Source: Nitrospirales bacterium
GTDB taxonomy: Bacteria; Nitrospirota; Nitrospiria; Nitrospirales; UBA8639
NCBI GenBank assembly: GCA_965223295.1
Contig: CBDCWC010000003.1
Span: forward strand, 736,001-800,000
Direction: 5' to 3'
Length of the DNA stretch: 64,000 bases
Positions within the stretch are counted from its first letter, which is position 1. Each line of letters starts with the position of its first letter. This document shows positions 60,773 through 64,000 of the stretch, piece by piece. Both the position numbers and the translations under genes were made by a program. The notes beneath the pieces are model-generated. The model was not told where the DNA came from. It worked only from the letters and a program-made list of their open reading frames with translations, and made no database searches.

Positions 60773-61801
60773 TTACACCCTGATTCTTTCCAGGGCTATG
60801 CGGTTGGCAACAATCAAGGGAGGTAGGTGATCCCGTAATGAAGTCGTTAAGACCTGATGAACGGTTTGCTGGATATTCGCAATCCATAGCGCTAATCGTC
60901 GCTGATGCAAAATTTCTCGAACTACAAGCTGGATTAACCCTCCGGCGTTCAAGAAGTAATCAGGAACATGCAAGATGTTTCGCTTCATCACACGATACGG
61001 ATCACGCTCTTCGTCCAAAAATTGATTGTTGGCTCCTCCGGCAACAATCCCGGCTGTGAGTTGAGGAATGATTTTAGCATTCAAGACGCCACCGAGGGCA
61101 CAAGGCGCAAAGATGTCGGCCAGGACACTATGAATTTTCGATAACGGGACAACGGAGGCATTCCAGGATTGTTGAGCTCGGGAGGCACGTTTAGGTTGCA
61201 AGTCAGCCACAACTAACTTCGCACCCTCCTTGAACAGGAGCTTTCCTAAATTCCATCCCACGTGCCCAACACCCTGAATGGCCACCACCCGACCACTCAG
61301 ATCTTGCGTCCCATACACTAATTGACAGGCAGCTTGCATACCGGCCAGCACGCCCTTTGCTGTCGAGAGCGTGGGATCTCCACTGCGCCCGGTAGTTCCC
61401 GTCACATGGGAAGTCTGCTCCGCGACGACATCTAAGTCTTCAGGAAGAATCCCTGAGTCTTTCGCGGCAATATATTTGCCATTCAGTGAATCAATGAACT
61501 TTCCCATCGCGAGCAGCAAGAGACGGGGTTTCTCTGTCTCTGGATCCCCAATAATGACGGCCTTGCCTCCACCAATCTCTAATCCGGAGACAGCGGCTTT
61601 TTTGCTCATGGCTTCGGCCAAGCGAAGCACATCGTGTAGAGCCTCTTTCTCATGTTGATATGGCCACATGCGGATACCGCCCAAAGAGGGTCCAAGTCGA
61701 GTGGAATGCACCGCAATAATCGCATGGAAGTTGACCGACTGGTCTTTCCCGACAACGACAGTTTCAAATCCCTTAATTTTGAGGTGTTTAGTCTTAAGCA
61801 T
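60773..61801 (-). CDS. Glu/Leu/Phe/Val dehydrogenase (leucine dehydrogenase-like)
   Basis: IAVHSTRLGPSLGGIR, GGGKAVI, QGVGHVG, PCALGG, GGANNQ, PDYFLNAGG. Confidence 0.9.
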   Translation of the reverse strand: MLKTKHLKIKGFETVVVGKDQSVNFHAIIAVHSTRLGPSLGGIRMWPYQHEKEALHDVLRLAEAMSKKAAVSGLEIGGGKAVIIGDPETEKPRLLLLAMGKFIDSLNGKYIAAKDSGILPEDLDVVAEQTSHVTGTTGRSGDPTLSTAKGVLAGMQAACQLVYGTQDLSGRVVAIQGVGHVGWNLGKLLFKEGAKLVVADLQPKRASRAQQSWNASVVPLSKIHSVLADIFAPCALGGVLNAKIIPQLTAGIVAGGANNQFLDEERDPYRVMKRNILHVPDYFLNAGGLIQLVVREILHQRRLALWIANIQQTVHQVLTTSLRDHLPPLIVANRIALERIRV

Positions 61802-61976
61802 GATTCTGTTTTGAGATTTCCCATATCTTAAGCTGGATTGATCCCTAACACAAAAGAGTTTTTTATTAAAGAACTAAGGAAAAAGGAAATTTAACCCACA
61901 AAACCCTAGAGAGTCCTCCTAGTGTTTAGTTATGACTTATGACGCTTCAGACCAATCAAATGCTACACTGCTCATC

Positions 61977-63698
61977 ATGCATTCTCCTGACTCACCTTCG
62001 AAGATCGGCGGTAACCTCGATCGCGTGAAATGCTATCACGAGCAAACCAAGCATGAATTCAATCGTTTTGCTAAATCGCTAGGCTATTTGGACTGGGCGA
62101 ATCAACCTGATCCGTTTCGTCGGTTTCAGGAAGCTCCGCTTATTTTCTTCCCCTTGCTCAAACTTGATGAAGAGCCAATCTCACCGTCGTACGAAGCGTT
62201 GTTTCAGAAGTCTACGATTCCGTCCCAACAAGTTACACTTCATACCGTATCCCGATTCTTTGAATATGCCTTATCATTGACGGCTTGGAAAGAATACAAC
62301 GGCACACGCTGGGCCTTACGAAGTAATCCTTCCAGCGGAAACCTGCATCCTACAGAAGGCTATCTGTTTATTGGCGACCTTCCAGAACTTTCTCTGGAAC
62401 CAGGGCTCTATCACTACGCGCCCAAAGAACATGGACTAGAGCATCGATGGCAGGTTTCTTCAGGTGTGGCTCAATCCCTTCTTCAACACTTTCCAACAGA
62501 AAGCTTTTTAGTTGGACTGTCATCTATCCATTGGCGCGAAGCCTGGAAATATGGTGAGCGGGCCTTTCGCTACTGCCAACATGATATCGGCCATGCAATT
62601 GGCACACTGCGCATCGCCGCCACCACCCTGGGCTGGAATATGGTCGTCCTCTCTGGTACATCTGATGACACGATTGAGCAATTTCTAGGCTTACAACGCC
62701 AAGAGGATTTCCATACATCTGAACGCGAGTATCCTGAATTGCTAGCGGCCGTGTGGCCAGGAACCATCCAAGCATCTCTAGAGATAGGCTTGGCCTTTGA
62801 AAAACCATCAGAAAAACTCTTAGTATTTGGTGAATGGAAAGGAACAGCTAATCGTTTAAGCAAAGATGATCCCGTCCACTGGGAAATTATTGATAAAGTC
62901 ACTGAAGGCGCCTGGAAATCCACACAGGAATCCAAAACCATATCGTTCTCGTCTCATTCTGCAACCCAGCCCCAAACCTATGAGAAAAAAAGCGAACCCC
63001 TTGCAGGCCAAATTATCCACCAACGGCGAAGCGCCGTGTCATTTGATGGTCACACCAGCCTTTCGGTTAGTCGCTTTTACACGATGCTGCTACGGATTAT
63101 GCCAAACAACCATTTGCCATTTTCTGAGCGCCCCATGCCCTGGGATGCACTGCCCTGGAACCCAACCGTTCACCTAGCCTTATTTGTTCATCGAGTCGAC
63201 GGACTTGAACCGGGAATGTATTGGCTCAACCGCAATCCCAAAGAACGGCGGGTCACAGATTTTCAGTCAAACATGCATGAGCAGTTTGTTTGGACAACGC
63301 CAAGGAATTGTCCCTCTGAACTCCCGCTCTACCTACTAGAAGAGGGCGATGCAAAAAATTTAGCGATGCAGCTCAGTTGCGGGCAGGAAATCGCGAGTGA
63401 CAGCGCCTTTACCCTTGGAATGATTGCGGAATTTGATGAAAACCTGGAAACGTATGGGCCCTGGTTTTACAAACGCCTGTTTTGGGAAACCGGACTTATT
63501 GGTCAAGTGTTCTATCTGGAAGCCGAAGCCGCAGGAGTACGAGCCACCGGCATTGGCTGTTTTTTTGACGACCCCGTCCATCGTGTTTTAGGTTTTTACC
63601 CCAACACCAAATGGCAATCCCTCTACCACTTTACTGTCGGCGGCCCCGTCGAAGATGCCCGCCTGACGACTTTGCCACCCTATGAACATCTAAGGTAA
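61977..63698 (+). CDS. SagB/ThcOx-like double nitroreductase-fold protein
   Basis: YHEQTKH, LDWANQP, LRSNPSSGNLHPTE, WKYGERAFRY, RRSA, GIGCFFDD; the ORF is open from 61932. Confidence 0.85.
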   Translation: MHSPDSPSKIGGNLDRVKCYHEQTKHEFNRFAKSLGYLDWANQPDPFRRFQEAPLIFFPLLKLDEEPISPSYEALFQKSTIPSQQVTLHTVSRFFEYALSLTAWKEYNGTRWALRSNPSSGNLHPTEGYLFIGDLPELSLEPGLYHYAPKEHGLEHRWQVSSGVAQSLLQHFPTESFLVGLSSIHWREAWKYGERAFRYCQHDIGHAIGTLRIAATTLGWNMVVLSGTSDDTIEQFLGLQRQEDFHTSEREYPELLAAVWPGTIQASLEIGLAFEKPSEKLLVFGEWKGTANRLSKDDPVHWEIIDKVTEGAWKSTQESKTISFSSHSATQPQTYEKKSEPLAGQIIHQRRSAVSFDGHTSLSVSRFYTMLLRIMPNNHLPFSERPMPWDALPWNPTVHLALFVHRVDGLEPGMYWLNRNPKERRVTDFQSNMHEQFVWTTPRNCPSELPLYLLEEGDAKNLAMQLSCGQEIASDSAFTLGMIAEFDENLETYGPWFYKRLFWETGLIGQVFYLEAEAAGVRATGIGCFFDDPVHRVLGFYPNTKWQSLYHFTVGGPVEDARLTTLPPYEHLR

Positions 63699-63728
63699 AA
63701 GAGCCGAGAATCAAAAGTGTTCCAATGC

Positions 63729-63963
63729 TTCTACCTCCTCTAGCTCCTCCTTACAAAGGAGGGGGAAATCTCAAACGACTGTTTTCCACAGATCTCTCCT
63801 AGCTCTCGAACTTTCCTGCTCTTTTCCTCCCCTTTGTAAGGGGAGGTGAAGGTGGGGTAGAGTTACTAATACTGAAATAGATGTTCAAAACCTTTCCTGC
63901 GAATGGAATCAGTTGAAAATTGTGAATCTCTACCTCCCATAATCCCTCCTTACAAAGGAGGGA
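63729..63963. repeat. Cluster of three REP-like units (family C) in alternating orientation
   Basis: TCTACCTC...CTCCTTACAAAGGAG (~63729-63765), CCTCCCCTTTGTAAGGGGAGG...GGGGTAGA (~63826-63862), TCTACCTC...CCCTCCTTACAAAGGAGGG (~63928-63963). Confidence 0.78.
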
Positions 63964-64000
63964 AAAAGTTTTCGACCACGATTGATCCATGCCGACTAAA

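Noticed and set aside
61977-63698. SagB-like gene as part of a RiPP (TOMM) cluster
   Set aside because: No YcaO, precursor peptide or transporter is adjacent within the window

Overview
Bacterial chromosomal window of about 50% GC. Gene content and repeat style look Nitrospirales-like, but that is my inference and is untested. Core and housekeeping genes: TetR-MFP-RND and TetR-ABC-MFP-OMF efflux operons, lon, a YjgN/M48 pair, hydantoinase/oxoprolinase A+B, mscS, a PQQ/GSDH dehydrogenase, a solitary mreB, an M23 peptidase, a type IIA topoisomerase A+B pair, a Glu/Leu/Phe/Val dehydrogenase and a SagB-like nitroreductase. Accessory content: (i) a co-oriented 4-gene operon at 7325-12741 encoding a secreted unknown protein, a membrane-anchored TIR protein, a trypsin-FGE protein and a trypsin-PEGA protein, which is the best candidate for an undescribed system; (ii) a sigma54 promoter driving two unknown secreted proteins next to an orphan NtrC-type activator; (iii) a defence island at about 50.1-60.7 kb with a zeta-like ATPase pair, type I R-M with an inserted RhuM-Fic gene, an AbiE type IV TA and relics of other HsdR genes; (iv) two VapBC loci, one with an amber-disrupted toxin; (v) a DUF2278 pseudogene. 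Four families of short dispersed elements occur: a ~190-bp MITE with 5-bp TSDs (6 copies), a 95-bp MITE with 18-bp TIRs, dRS3/RPE-like palindromes (one in-frame inside hsdM) and CCTCC-TTACAAA-GGAGG REPs. No rRNA, tRNA or CRISPR array was recognised. All family assignments come from motif recognition by eye, not database searches.
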